The notes beneath the pieces were generated by a model. It searched no databases. It was not told the origin of the DNA and saw nothing but the letters and a program-made list of their open reading frames with translations. DNA of 63,954 nucleotides, counting the filler, from Reclinomonas americana ATCC 50394 (lineage: Eukaryota), in assembly GCA_048213135.1 (NCBI GenBank). It is 6 parts of 3 records of this genome, joined end to end, with 100 filler letters (N's around TTAATTAATTAA, not from the genome) between each part and the next. Parts side by side here need not be neighbours in the genome. Positions count along the whole stretch, not along the records: positions 1 to 16,780 come from PS015118.1; 5 more parts are not named here. One strand, written 5' to 3'. Position numbers and translations under genes: made by a program. Below, in pieces: positions 1 through 11,014 of this stretch. The first letter of the stretch is position 1. Every line of letters starts with the position of its first letter.

Positions 1-275
1 GGGAATGGAACGGGAGGGAGTGGCGAAAAAAAGCGACGCAGAATGAGAGATCGAGGGAAAGACAAAGTAGATTCAGATGGAGATGCAGATGGAGAGACGA
101 AAGGTGGAAACAGTTTGGAAAGGGGATGTATATTGAGAGAAGGATAGCGGACTGCAAGGGAGGGAGGTGAGCTGAAGGCAATTATACAATGCAGTAGGTG
201 GAGAGGAGAAGTGTGTGGTGCGAGGAAACAGTGTTTACAATTGCACTCACCGTTGTATTTGTGCGCGATTCACAG

Positions 276-2129
276 CCACAAACATTGCATGGGACGAGAA
301 CAGCAGCACATCGAGCAGGCGGAGCTCTACGTGTTCGACAAGTGGTATGTGGGGCGCTGTTGCTTGCACCCATTCCGCATTTTTTCGTGCCCGTCCTCAT
401 CGGGATTGTGCTCGGGTTCGCAGCCAAGGCGCTTCCGGAGTTCGACATGATTCCAGTTGTGCCACGTTATTCGGATACTGTTGACTTGCAGAGCGGGAAT
501 GCGCTGCGTCGATTTGTCATGCGGTGGAAGGTATGGCTGCTTGCTGAGTGCGATTGTCGTCCTGATGGGGAATTAAGGAATTGCTGTGCAGCACAATGAT
601 CTTCCGCTTGCCCTCGTGCCGTGGACGTTTGTGATCTTGTGGTGAGTGAAGGCGGAGAAGGGGAAAACAGGGGAAGGGCAGGAGGCGAGAAGAGAGGGAG
701 AGTAATATGGAGGGAGAGTGGGGAAGCAAGAGAGAGAGAGAGAAAGCCGGTGGGGACGGAGGGATGGAAAGAGGGCGTTGTGGATTGGTGAGATAGAAGT
801 AGGGAGAGAGACCAGCTGCAGGAGGAGGAAGAGGGCTGGGTTGCAAGGAATGGGCAGTATCTGAGCATGCAGAGGGTAATGGGGTGGAGAGCGAGCTGGC
901 TTAGAGAGAGAGAAGCGAGAGGGAAAGGGTATTGCGAATTATGTGCTTTGTGTGAGAGTACAGAGGAAAGTAGGGTGGAGAGTGCATGCGGGGGAGAGTC
1001 GCAGAGAAGAGGGCAGTGTGAGAGAGATTGCGTGCAGATGCAACGTAGGGTGGACAGTAAGAGTGGGGAAGCAAGAGAGAGAAAGGAGAAAAGGAGAAGA
1101 TGGAAGTGCTGCAATACCAGTAAAGTTAACACCGCTGAACTGATAAGTTTGTCAATTTCTTGCAGGCTCACCGGAGCCTTCCTCATTATCATGACTCTTA
1201 TCACGGCGTCGAGGTGAGTTGTGGTTGCGTGAATCATGCGCCTGTCGGAGATTCTCACGGGCGTCGCTCAGAGTGATGAAGGACTTGGAGGCGGCGGGCA
1301 ATGGAGGTCTCATTGCGTCGGCATGTGGAATAAGGTGTGTGTGGAAGTGTTGATGTTGCTCTTTTCTTTTCTCGATGTTTTCGCTGACAAGTTGTTTGTG
1401 TGTGCCACAGTGGTGCGTGAAGGAGAGGAGGGCGGAGGGGAGGAGAGGCAAAGGGAGGAGAGAGTGACAGAGAAGCGCAGGGAGAGGGGTGCATGCAGAG
1501 AGAAAGAAGCAATATGATAGAGCGTGAGAGGAGACAGACATGTAGAGAGATACGTGAAGGTAAGAGTGGTTGAAGAAGGGAGAGGAGCAAGAGGAGAGAG
1601 AAATAGCGGAGTAACGTGAAATTGTTTGTGCCTTTGGGTTGCGAGAGTGAGACGATAAGCATGTGTGCCAACAAGTGTCGCGATTGGCTGTTGCCTCACA
1701 CTTTTCGTTCCCCCATGTACTATCGAATGACGATCGATGTCTGCTTCTCGTTGCAAATCATCAGTGGTGAGTGACAGCCTGTCTTGTCAACAATGAGTTT
1801 GTCTTGAATCTAAATGAGCGGGTCTCGCTGTGACTGCAGGCCCAAGGTGCGACGGTGACCTGAGCGACTTTTGTATTCGCTACACTGCTGACCTCTTGCT
1901 GCTTCATATTGTTGTCGCAGACATTCTGGTTAACGAGCCCCTGAAGATTGCGTTCTTTGCATTCCTTGGTGAGCGAGGGTGATGTTTCTTTTTGTCGCCA
2001 GTCGGTGGCCGAGTAGGTTTGTGTGGTTACTCAAGGCGAGGGTTCATGTACCGCGCAGGTTGGAACTTCCGGGATTTGTTGTCGACGGCGACGGCGGCCA
2101 CGGTGGTGAAGGTGATCAATGTGGTGTAA
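276..2129 (+). CDS. Partial multi-exon gene, probable polytopic membrane protein of unknown function (5' end not resolved)
   Basis: GT-AG-bounded exons splice to hydrophobic peptides (...FVMRWK|HNDLPLALVPWTFVILW|LTGAFLIIMTLITASR|VMKDLEAAGNGGLIASACGIS|VAIGCCLTLF...|DILVNEPLKIAFFAFLG|WNFRDLLSTATAATVVKVINVV*). The frame of the first exons is ambiguous. Confidence 0.45.
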
Positions 2130-2278
2130 TCGAGAAGGAATGAACATGGGAGTACGTGGTGAAAGCATGCATGGATGAGAATTTACTCGACCCGAGGTGT
2201 CCACTCTCTTGATGTCATAGAAACTCTGCCCGTCACCGTCGACGAGAAAACAGCGACAGCACTTGCAAGTGAGAGATG

Positions 2279-2399
<121 letters not shown>

Positions 2400-3335
2400 N
2401 NNNNNNNNNNNNNNNNNNNGTGTGTGGCCGACCGCTCATTGCAGAAATCGTCCAATGCAGAAAATCACCAACAAATAGCCCACCTATTGCTATTCCTCGG
2501 GTCAAGGCCAAGGTCAGTTGAATGATCGAAATCGACCTGTGCATGCACATTCTGTCTTCGTTTGTTTCTTGTGTTGATGCTTCCTTGGGTTGGTTGTTTG
2601 TTCTCTGTTCGTCTTGTTGTTGTTTTGTTGATTGCTGTGGATTCAATCACGTGCATTGCATTTGACGCGAGTGACTTGGTTTGAGACGGAGAGAGAGTGA
2701 GAGAGAGAGAGAAAGAGATGAAGAGACAATGTGTGTGCGTGTGACCGACTGCTCATTGTGGGAGAGAGAAGTGAAGAGGGTTGGGTTCTGGATAGGAGAG
2801 AAAATGTGAGTGATTGTATGTGTGAGAGGTGGGAATGCGAGAGCAGATATGTGAATGCGTATGGTGTGCTCGTGTGCGATGGGGAGCGAGAGAGTGTTTG
2901 TGTCTCCGTATGAGAGAGAGAGCAAGGGAGTCGATAGAGTGCGTGCGTTGGAGAGAGAACGATTTGTGTGTTTGTGTGTCAGAGAAATAGAGTGAGTGTG
3001 TGTGAGAGAGAAAGAACTGTCTTGTTCTGCCGCTGCCAGCAGCGAGGAAGGAGTGCAATAGTGTATCGAGAGTCGTATTTGCTTGTCACAGAGTGAGTTT
3101 GAATGACATATGCATGTGTATGTGCTGCATCTTTTCTGAATGCCAGCATCAGAGGTCGGCACCTCACGCGCTTGTGGATACCTGTCTCTTGGCTTCATGG
3201 GTCGAGACATTGAGGGAGCGAGGATGTGTGTGTGGATGAGAAAGAGAGAGATCGACCGTGTGCCTTTTTGACGGAGAGAGATTGTTCACAAGATCGCATT
3301 GTGAGTGTGTGTGAGACACAGAAAATGGGAGACGT

Positions 3336-3372
<37 letters not shown>

Positions 3373-3483
3373 CAGATACCTCGCCTGTGAGTGACCTGAC
3401 GTCTCTTGTTGTTGGGATAGAAACAGTAAGGGGAGGGAGCGAGTATGTGTGTGTGTGAGAGAGNNNNNNNNNNNNNNNNNNNN

Positions 3484-5015
3484 CCCCTCCACCCACCTTT
3501 CTTCCCCGCAGCAGCAGCTGGCGGATCATTCTTTCGCCGCGCACTGCTCAACGTGCTGCTCCCCGCCGCACTGCTCCTCGCCGACAACGCATCGCCGCCT
3601 CCCTCAATCAGCTTCATGTAATCGTCGTCGTCGAGCAGACTCGGCGTCGCACTGCCTCCACCACCACCACTCGCAATGCTCCCACGTCCACCGAGTCGGC
3701 CAACAGGTGGGGGAGCAGCGGCCAGCGATGACAAGCTGCTCGTGCGACGTCCTGTTGGTTGAGAAGGAGTGAGGGGGAGGGAGGGAGGAAAAGGGGAAGG
3801 AGGAAAAGGGGAAGGAGGACAAGGGGAAGGAGGAAAAGGGGAAGGAGGGGAAAGTGGAGGAGGGGGGAGAGAGGAGAAGGAGGAGGAGGAAAAAGAGGAG
3901 GAGGAGGAGGAGGAGATGATGATGAAGAAGAAGAAGAAGAAGAAGGAGGACGACGAGGAGGAGAAGAAGAAGAGGAAGAAGGAGAACAGGAGCAAGAACA
4001 AGAAGAGGAGGGCAAGGAGACGAGGGGGACGGAGGAGAAGACGACGACAACAACAACAACAACAACAACAACGAGAAGAGGGAGAAGAAAGAAGAAGAAG
4101 GAGGAGGTCGATGAGAAGAAGGTGCAGGGGAAGCGGAAGAAGGATAACAGGAGCAGGAGGGCTAGGAGATGAGGGAGAAGAAGAAGAGAAGGGAGAAGAG
4201 GATCGAGAAGAAGGAGGAGAAGAAGGAGGAGGAGGAGAAGAAGAAGAAGAAGAAGAAGAAGAATTGGAAAGGGAAGAAGGAGGAGGAGAAGAAGGAGAAG
4301 AAGAAGAGGAAGGATGATGAGGAAGGGGAGAGAAGGAGACGGGAGGAAGGAGGGGAAGAAGAGAAGGAAGCAGAGGATCGGGAAGAAGAAGGAGGAGAAG
4401 AAGAGGGCCAAGGAGACGAGGGAAGGAGGATGAGAACAACAACGACCAGAAGGAGGAGAACAAGTTCGCGGAGAAGAAGAGGATCGAGAAGGAGGAGAAG
4501 GAGAAGAAGAAGAGGGCGGATGATGAGTAAGGGGAACAGAAGGAGAAAAAGAACAGCAACAAGAACAATAAGAGGACGAGGGAGAGAAGAACAGCAGCAA
4601 GAAGAAGAAGAAGAAGAGAAGAAGAAGAGGGAGATGAAGGAGCAGGAAAAGGGGAACAAGAACAAGAAGAGCAGGAGGAGGAGGAGGAGGAGGAGGAGGA
4701 GGAGGAGGAGGAGGAGGAGGAGGAGAGGAAGAACAACAGAAGGAAGAAGAGGATCGAGAAGAAGAGACGATGCCTGAGAGAATGCACAGAGAGAGAGAGA
4801 GAATGAAAGACAGAGAAAAAGAGGAAGACACACAATACCTGCTGACTCTGGAGGAAACGCAGAGGCGCCCTCACCGGGAAACTGTGTGCAATGAAAATAT
4901 CGCAAATCAGTGACGTCGCCCTCAGTCTCTCACACACACACAAATGCACACACTCAACTCTGCTCTTTGAAAAGGGATCATCATCGCCGTCCTTGCCCGC
5001 ATCACTGCCGGGCAT
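3484..5015 (-). CDS. Hypothetical low-complexity protein, partial multi-exon
   Basis: Putative exons MPGSDAGKDGDDDPFSKSR|FPVRAPLRFLQSQQ| and ...RRTSSLSSLAAAPPPVGR...DDDDYMKLIEGG...KKGGWR, separated by a ~1-kb low-complexity intron. Runs into a gap. Confidence 0.4.
3760..4780. repeat. ~1-kb polypurine (GGA/GAA) low-complexity tract with a (CAA)n insert
   Basis: Almost exclusively A/G on the + strand. It produces the spurious poly-S/L/E/R/K ORFs in the ORF track. Confidence 0.9.
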
Positions 5016-5414
5016 CGCACTGACAGAGAGAGAGAGGGAGTTGAGAGACACACACTTCTTTCTCACACACACAGAGACAAATGAATGAATCAAGCGTGCA
5101 GGGCACTCACCCACTGGACGACTTGCGCCCTCCCAGACGCGGTGCGCCACTCAAGGAGGCCATTGTGCACACACAGAGTGAGTGAGAGGCAACAGGGACA
5201 GTCCGCTGCATGCGAGCACTGTCCGTAACGGTCGACGAGAACGAACTTTGTGTGAGAAAAGATGAGAAGACGCGCTCGGTCTGCCTTGCCTGCATTACAC
5301 TGCTGCACAACGAGCGCATGTGAGTCTCTGTGACAGTGCAAGNNNNNNNNNNNNNNNNNNNNTCTCCTCCTTTTTGCAATTTCTTCAGTGTGTCCTCACT
5401 CACTGTGTGTGCAG

Positions 5415-6983
5415 AGTCCCGATGTGGTGCAGGAGGCGGACGAGATCCTCGCGGCGCTGGGTGAGCCGGGACCGGAGACGCCGCACAGCTCGCGCCCGAT
5501 CTCGCTCTACACGATGGAGTCGTCGCATGCGGGCGATGGCGCGGAGGCGGCTGCTGCCGGTGCCGATGAGGACGAGGACGAGTCGGACTACTTGGTGCTG
5601 CCGGACGGCACCTTGATGGCGGTCAATGCCTCGGGTGTGCGCTCACCGGTGCTGTCGCCGCACCGCGAGCTGGCCGAGTCTGCTCAGCAGCTGCAGGCCA
5701 CGGAGGTGTTCGACGACGACGACGAGGAGGAGGAGGAGGAGGAGGGAGACAATTTCGCGGCAGCGGAGCAGCGTGAGGAGGAGGAAGACGACGATGACTC
5801 GGATTATGTGGTGCTCGCCGACGGGTCGGTCATTGCCGTAGCCCCGGGCGCCGGCGCCCCGCAGCAGCAGGAGGAGAAGTCGTTTGAGGAGGAGATTGAC
5901 TGGGCGGCCACGGCCGATGCCGTCGTGGCACCGGCGTCTGGTGTGCAGTCGATAGTGGCCACCAGCAGCGTGGTCTGCGGCGACGAGGGTGAGGAGGCAG
6001 ACTGGGGTGACGACGAAATGAGCGCGCTGGAGAGCATGCGCGGCTCGGCTCTGCTCAACCAGGACCTCGAGGAGACTGGCGGCAAGGAGGAGGGCGATGA
6101 GCAGGAAGATGGCGAGCAGCAGCAGCGGCAGCAGCAGCAGCAGGAGGCCGCCGCACTGGCACCGCGTGAGGTGAGGCTTTTCTTTTTTGCTCAGTCAGTC
6201 GCAATCAACTCACTGTGTGCATTGCTGCAGATTCCTCGAGTCTCCGCCGTGATGGAGTCCGACACTGATCCCGACTCGCCGCGTCTCTTTAAGAAGTTTG
6301 AGACGCAGCTCCACAAGAAGCCGGCCATGCGCAACATGAAGATGACCACCGTTAGCAACATTGTCACCACCCACGACAACGAGTCGCCGTCCTCGGCCGC
6401 CGGCAAGACGCCATCCACCACCAAGTCTCCGAGTGCTGGTGCAGCGGCAGCTGCTGCCGCTGCAGCTCTGGCCCGCACTCCTTCGTCTGCCACCTCCAAG
6501 CGACCGACGCCGAGCAGCAACGGCAACGGCAACAGCAACAGCAACAGCAACAGCCAGGCAAATGCGAATGCCCTCACACCGGCGTCGGTCAGCAGTCGTG
6601 CGTCGAGCCGCCGAAACTCCACCAGCTCCGGCCCCGGATACTCGGCGCCGACGGCCTCGTCCTCGCGCAAGGTCTACACGCCGGGCTCCACTGCTCCGTC
6701 GTCGCCCAACGCGGACGAGAGTGTCGGCACGTCACTGCCGGCCGCTTCACCCACCNNNNNNNNNNNNNNNNNNNNNNNNNNNNNNNNNNNNNNNNNNNNN
6801 NNNNNNNNNNNNNNNNNNNNNNNNNNNNNNNNNNNNNNNNNNNNNNNNNNNNNNNNNNNNNNNNNNNNNNNNNNNNNNNNNNNNNNNNNNNNNNNNCCCT
6901 TCGGCTGCGCCACCAAGCGCTACTTTGAGCGCGATCCGCCGCTGATGCGCCAAGGCCTGCAGCGGACGAGCAACAAGGCGTAG
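5415..6983 (+). CDS. Acidic, Ser/Pro-rich intrinsically disordered protein of unknown function (5' part lost in gap)
   Basis: Long GC3-rich ORF after the cag acceptor at 5414; in-frame intron 6171-6230 (gtgagg...gcag); stop TAG at 6981-6983. Confidence 0.7.
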   Translation, partial: SPDVVQEADEILAALGEPGPETPHSSRPISLYTMESSHAGDGAEAAAAGADEDEDESDYLVLPDGTLMAVNASGVRSPVLSPHRELAESAQQLQATEVFDDDDEEEEEEEGDNFAAAEQREEEEDDDDSDYVVLADGSVIAVAPGAGAPQQQEEKSFEEEIDWAATADAVVAPASGVQSIVATSSVVCGDEGEEADWGDDEMSALESMRGSALLNQDLEETGGKEEGDEQEDGEQQQRQQQQQEAAALAPREVRLFFFAQSVAINSLCALLQIPRVSAVMESDTDPDSPRLFKKFETQLHKKPAMRNMKMTTVSNIVTTHDNESPSSAAGKTPSTTKSPSAGAAAAAAAAALARTPSSATSKRPTPSSNGNGNSNSNSNSQANANALTPASVSSRASSRRNSTSSGPGYSAPTASSSRKVYTPGSTAPSSPNADESVGTSLPAASPTXXXXXXXXXXXXXXXXXXXXXXXXXXXXXXXXXXXXXXXXXXXXXXXPFGCATKRYFERDPPLMRQGLQRTSNKA

Positions 6984-7419
6984 TACTGTACTGTAGATTG
7001 TCGCTCTTGTTTGTTTTTTTTGTTTTGCCCCCCCCCCTCGTATACCGCGCCCATGTAAGAGTAATGAGTATGATTGATCGTTAATACACCCGAGAAACGT
7101 TGTTAGAAATCGAAAGGAGATGGGGGGAAGATCAACATCGTCCCGTGCCTCTGCGCTGCGATGCGCATGCGCTGCCGCAGAATTGCCTTTGTGCCGGTTC
7201 CTGTGCAAGCCGCTCCCCTGGCGCACGAGTACGATATGCAGTTCCCTCAGCCACCTTCCTCGACCCCTTCTCGGAAGAGTCGAGGCCGCCGATGAGCTTC
7301 AAGCTCGCGCGAAAGGTACCGGTGCTGTCGAAGGAGCAACTGCATGAAATCGGTGAATCGTTGGTGGCTGATTTCAGCGCTACTATACGTTTGCTGACGT
7401 ACGCCGTGAGCTTGGTCTG

Positions 7420-10400
7420 TTGGTGGAAGCCCGCGCTCGGAACGTGGATGGCGTCGACGTCGAGCAGCCGATTCTGGTCCCTCCGCCCTTGCTGGTGTCC
7501 TACGAGAGCGCGCGCCCTTACCTCGTGGCGCTGTCGGAGGAGACGTACGGTCGCTTGATGGCCCCTGCAGCGTGTGCTGCTGCTGCGGAGTCGGCTGCCC
7601 GTCGCCAGCAGGAGCCTGGCGCTGCCGGCGGCTCTCGTCCTCGTCGCATCCGTGAAGAGTGCACCACCCAACAACACCTGGTCATCGTTCGCTCCCTCCT
7701 CCGCTTGTTCCAGAAGCACCACCACGAGTCGCCAGCGGCTAAGCCGGCGGACAAGGTGGCGCCCCTTGCCGTCGCCTCTGACCTCCGCTCCGGCTCTCTG
7801 CGTGCTTCCTTGTCGAAAGACTGGCAAGCTGCTGTCGACCGCCTCCCTGGTACCATCAAGGCGTCGGTCCCCTCGACCGGCGTTGTCTGGCGTGGCAGCT
7901 ACAGTGACATTCGTAGTCGTCTGCTTGTTGCGCTCAACAAGGCCTTGAGTCTTCACAGTGCGGCAAAGAAGAAGGCTGATGCAACTCGCGCTGCCCTCAA
8001 CTCCAGCCGCCTGCAGCACCTTACCGTGTCAATGCCAACAAGGCTTTCCAGCGTGTCAACAACGAGTTCGAGGCCGAGCGTGGCAAGTGCGCCAACATCC
8101 GCTACTCTGGCTCGGTCGACGACACTGTGTCTTTCTACCAGCAACTTACGGCCGCCGTCGACAACCCACCGACTGACTGGCCCGACCTTCAAGATCTCGG
8201 CATCGACAGCGAAGCCGACTTCCGCATGCCTGACGTTCAACACACCTTGGCCGCCCAAGAGTCTCCACTCTGCAACACCCCAATGGTCACTGTGTCGAAT
8301 GTTCAGAAACTTGTACTGCTGAAGTCGCTCCACAAGGCGGTGGCGACTGGCTTGGATGGCGTGCCGTACGAGGTCTTCCAGTACTTTGCCGACCGCAAGG
8401 GCGACACTGAGGTAATGGGCTGGGTTGACATGGTAGCTGACATCATCCAGATTGCTCTGTGGTCCTGCCACTCGCCGCACNNNNNNNNNNNNNNNNNNNN
8501 NNNNNNNNNNNNNNNNNNNNNNNNNNNNNNNNNNNNNNNNNNNNNNNNNNNTTTCGCAGTGATGTCCTCAGCCCTTTGTCTACAATGCCATGGCATCTGT
8601 GTTCATTCGTGGCGTTCGCGCCCTTCGTGTTGGTTACTCTTTCTGTGATTCCGACATTCGTGTGTGTGTTTCTGCCTTTGCCGATGATCGTCACGTGGTG
8701 GTGTCTTCCGTTCGTGAGGCGCAGCTGGTCCTGGATCTGTCCAAGCGTTTGGCCGAATGGTCTGGCATCGCCGACAACCCGCAGAAGTCATTGGTGCTGG
8801 CTCTGGTCCAATGCAGGCGCAGAACTTTGTGGCGGAGGAGTTCGATCCCGAGCTGCTGATTGCTGGCACTGCGTTGCGATCCATGTCATCTGTCACTGAG
8901 TGCGATCGTTGGCGCCTTGGCTACCCGTTCTACTCACCGACTCGTACAAGTGAGGCGAGAAAGCAAGTTGGCGGAGATGCTGGAGAAGCAGCTCTTCACT
9001 CCGATCGAGGTCATCAAGCAGTCGTCGTTGTTGCCGCTCCAGAAGGTGGATGCTGTTCTCCCCAAGGTCACCTTTGTCATGTCGGCCGTGGAGCTCCAGC
9101 CGGAAGTGCTCGACAGCATCCGACTCTGCCGGCACACCCTTCCTCTACACTCCGCTGTCGAAAGGTGGTCTCGGCCTGTACTCTGTGGTGGAGCGAACGG
9201 CCTCTCTGTTGATCAACTCGGCGGTGAAGCTGTTGACACACCGCCGACCGCTGACTCGCCGTGTGACGGAGCGTGCATGCTCCACTGCTCGGTGAAGGCG
9301 GCCGGTGGTCGTGTTGACGACTTCTCGCCGTTGCCGACTGCTGGTTTGGTGGCCAAGTACCGGCAGACGAACGAGGTCACAGACTTCAATCGCCAACAGC
9401 TGCTCGCCACAGCGGTATTTCTCTGTGTTGCTGTCTCCTGTTGCTCCTCCGGCTGGTGCTGCTGCTGTTGCTCCTGGTGCAGGTACTCGGTTTCATGTGG
9501 CCACTGATCCGAATGCTCCTCGCCGCGCTGTTCACTCCAATCTGATGGGTGTTGCTCTCGGGCACGCTCTGAAGTTGAGTGTCAGTGTGGAGGTGCATCC
9601 GGCTGCTGCTGCTGCTGGTCAGTCTCCGCTGGTGGTCGGACGGCTGGCTGGCTGTCGGTGGTGTTGTGTTTCCCTTTGCTTCTCGCTTTTGCCTGCGATC
9701 TCACACTTCTATTCCAAGCGCCACGTTGTGGGTTGGAAGGCGCTTGCGGATGTGTGGTGCCTTTGTCGATTTTCTGCAGAAGGCTGCTGCTGGAACCCAT
9801 GACGTGGTGGCTCAGGGCAACGGCATCACCGAGAAGGAGCAGCGCTTCCTGTGCAAGATGCGGACCAACTCCGTCATGCACAACAACAAGGCGGCGGTCT
9901 TCAGCGGCAACCCTGGTGGCCCTGCCTCGCTGTGCCCACTTTGTGGCAAGGAGTCGGAGTCGCTCGGTCATTTGCTCAACGGCTGTGAAAAGCTGAAGGG
10001 CTTGTGGACAACGCGCCACGACAACGTGCTTGGCGTCCTTCAAGCGGCTCTGGTGCGGCGCCCCAAGGTGGACGGTGTGGCGTGCCACGCCAACTTGGCC
10101 AGGCTCAAGCCGGACCTCACCCTGGTTCATGAGGGCACTGGTGAGATCTGCTCGGTCCAGGTGGTGGAGTTGATGTGCCCCTTCGCCAACGAAGACTCGG
10201 TCAAGACCAAGTACGACTTGTTGGTCAAGGCAATCAAGCAGAAGGTCGGCGATCAGGCCAAGGTCGAGCTGGTGGTGCTCCCTGTGACCTCGATTGGCAC
10301 GGCATCGGCCTTGGTGTCGACTGGCCTCCGTCGTCTCGGCGTGCGCAACGTCCGACAGTGCATCTCTCGCCTTTGCACGACAAGCTTACGTACAAGTTAC

Positions 10401-10475
10401 TCGATGTTTGTCCAACGATGCAAGGGAGTGGGTGGTGCACAGGTTCAGGCCGGAGTACACGTGGGGGTGGTGTGA
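7420..10475 (+). pseudogene. Disrupted RT-RLE polyprotein ORF of copy A
   Basis: Conserved motifs are spread over several frames (frameshifts near 8020, 8580, 8810 and 9140, among others). The C-terminal RLE segment is open from ~9780 to the TGA at 10473-10475. Confidence 0.85.
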
Positions 10476-10836
10476 GAGAAGTAACAGTTTCCCAATGCTT
10501 GCCCCACTGTTCTTCTTGATATGATCAATATCTTTTTGTCTTCTTCGTAGTTACTGCGATGGACGTCTTCTGGTGGTCACAGCTGACGAAGTCTTCTTCC
10601 AGGCCTGGAGGCCGTGTGTCCTGAATAGGGCTTTATTCTCAACATCGACAACACACTTAAAAACAGTTTTAGTCGTAGAAGGAAAGCACACGAGACTTGT
10701 TGGCGATCACTGGTAGATGCTCATTGTTGAGTAAGAAGTGGCGTGGTGTGAGAGAAGTAACAGTTTCCCAATGCTTGCCCCACTGTTCTTCTTGATATGA
10801 TCAATTTCTCTTTGTCATCTTCGTAGTTACTGCGAT
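10467..10836 (+). repeat. Direct repeat (at least 94 bp, period 276 bp) of the retroelement ORF end and 3' UTR
   Basis: 10467-10560 recurs at 10743-10836 with a few substitutions; the second copy is cut by a gap. Confidence 0.9.
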
Positions 10837-11014
10837 NNNNNNNNNNNNNNNNNNNNAGTTTCTATTATATGCTTTCAAGCAATGCAAAAATGAAGATCGC
10901 AGAAAAAATGGACTTCTACGCGCGTAGCGCAGCGGTCGTTGAAAAACGGAGGGGAAAAGTAGAACATTCGCGACCTCGCGTAAGGCAGCAGCTAGTCTAG
11001 TTCTCATACATGGA

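Larger units (their letters stand above)
7130..10836 (+). mobile_element. Decayed non-LTR retrotransposon with restriction-like endonuclease (R2/R4/NeSL-type RLE group), copy A
   Basis: Intronless, frameshifted ORF with RT motifs ATGLDGVPYEVF, DVLSP, SAFADD and NPQKS; LYTPLSKGGLGL; CCHC knuckle CPLCGKESESLGHLLNGC; RHDNV; and PD-(D/E)xK-type KPDL...VELMCPF...KTKY. Ends are approximate. Confidence 0.9.

Noticed and set aside
3195-5150. 651-aa and overlapping long ORFs rich in S/L/F/E/R/K
   Set aside because: They arise because the purine tract is nearly stop-free in several frames; only the flanking exons look coding.
10580-10640. Hammerhead-ribozyme-like CTGACGA next to palindrome TCCAGGCCTGGA in the retroelement 3' UTR
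   Set aside because: There is no correctly placed GAAA or closing stems.
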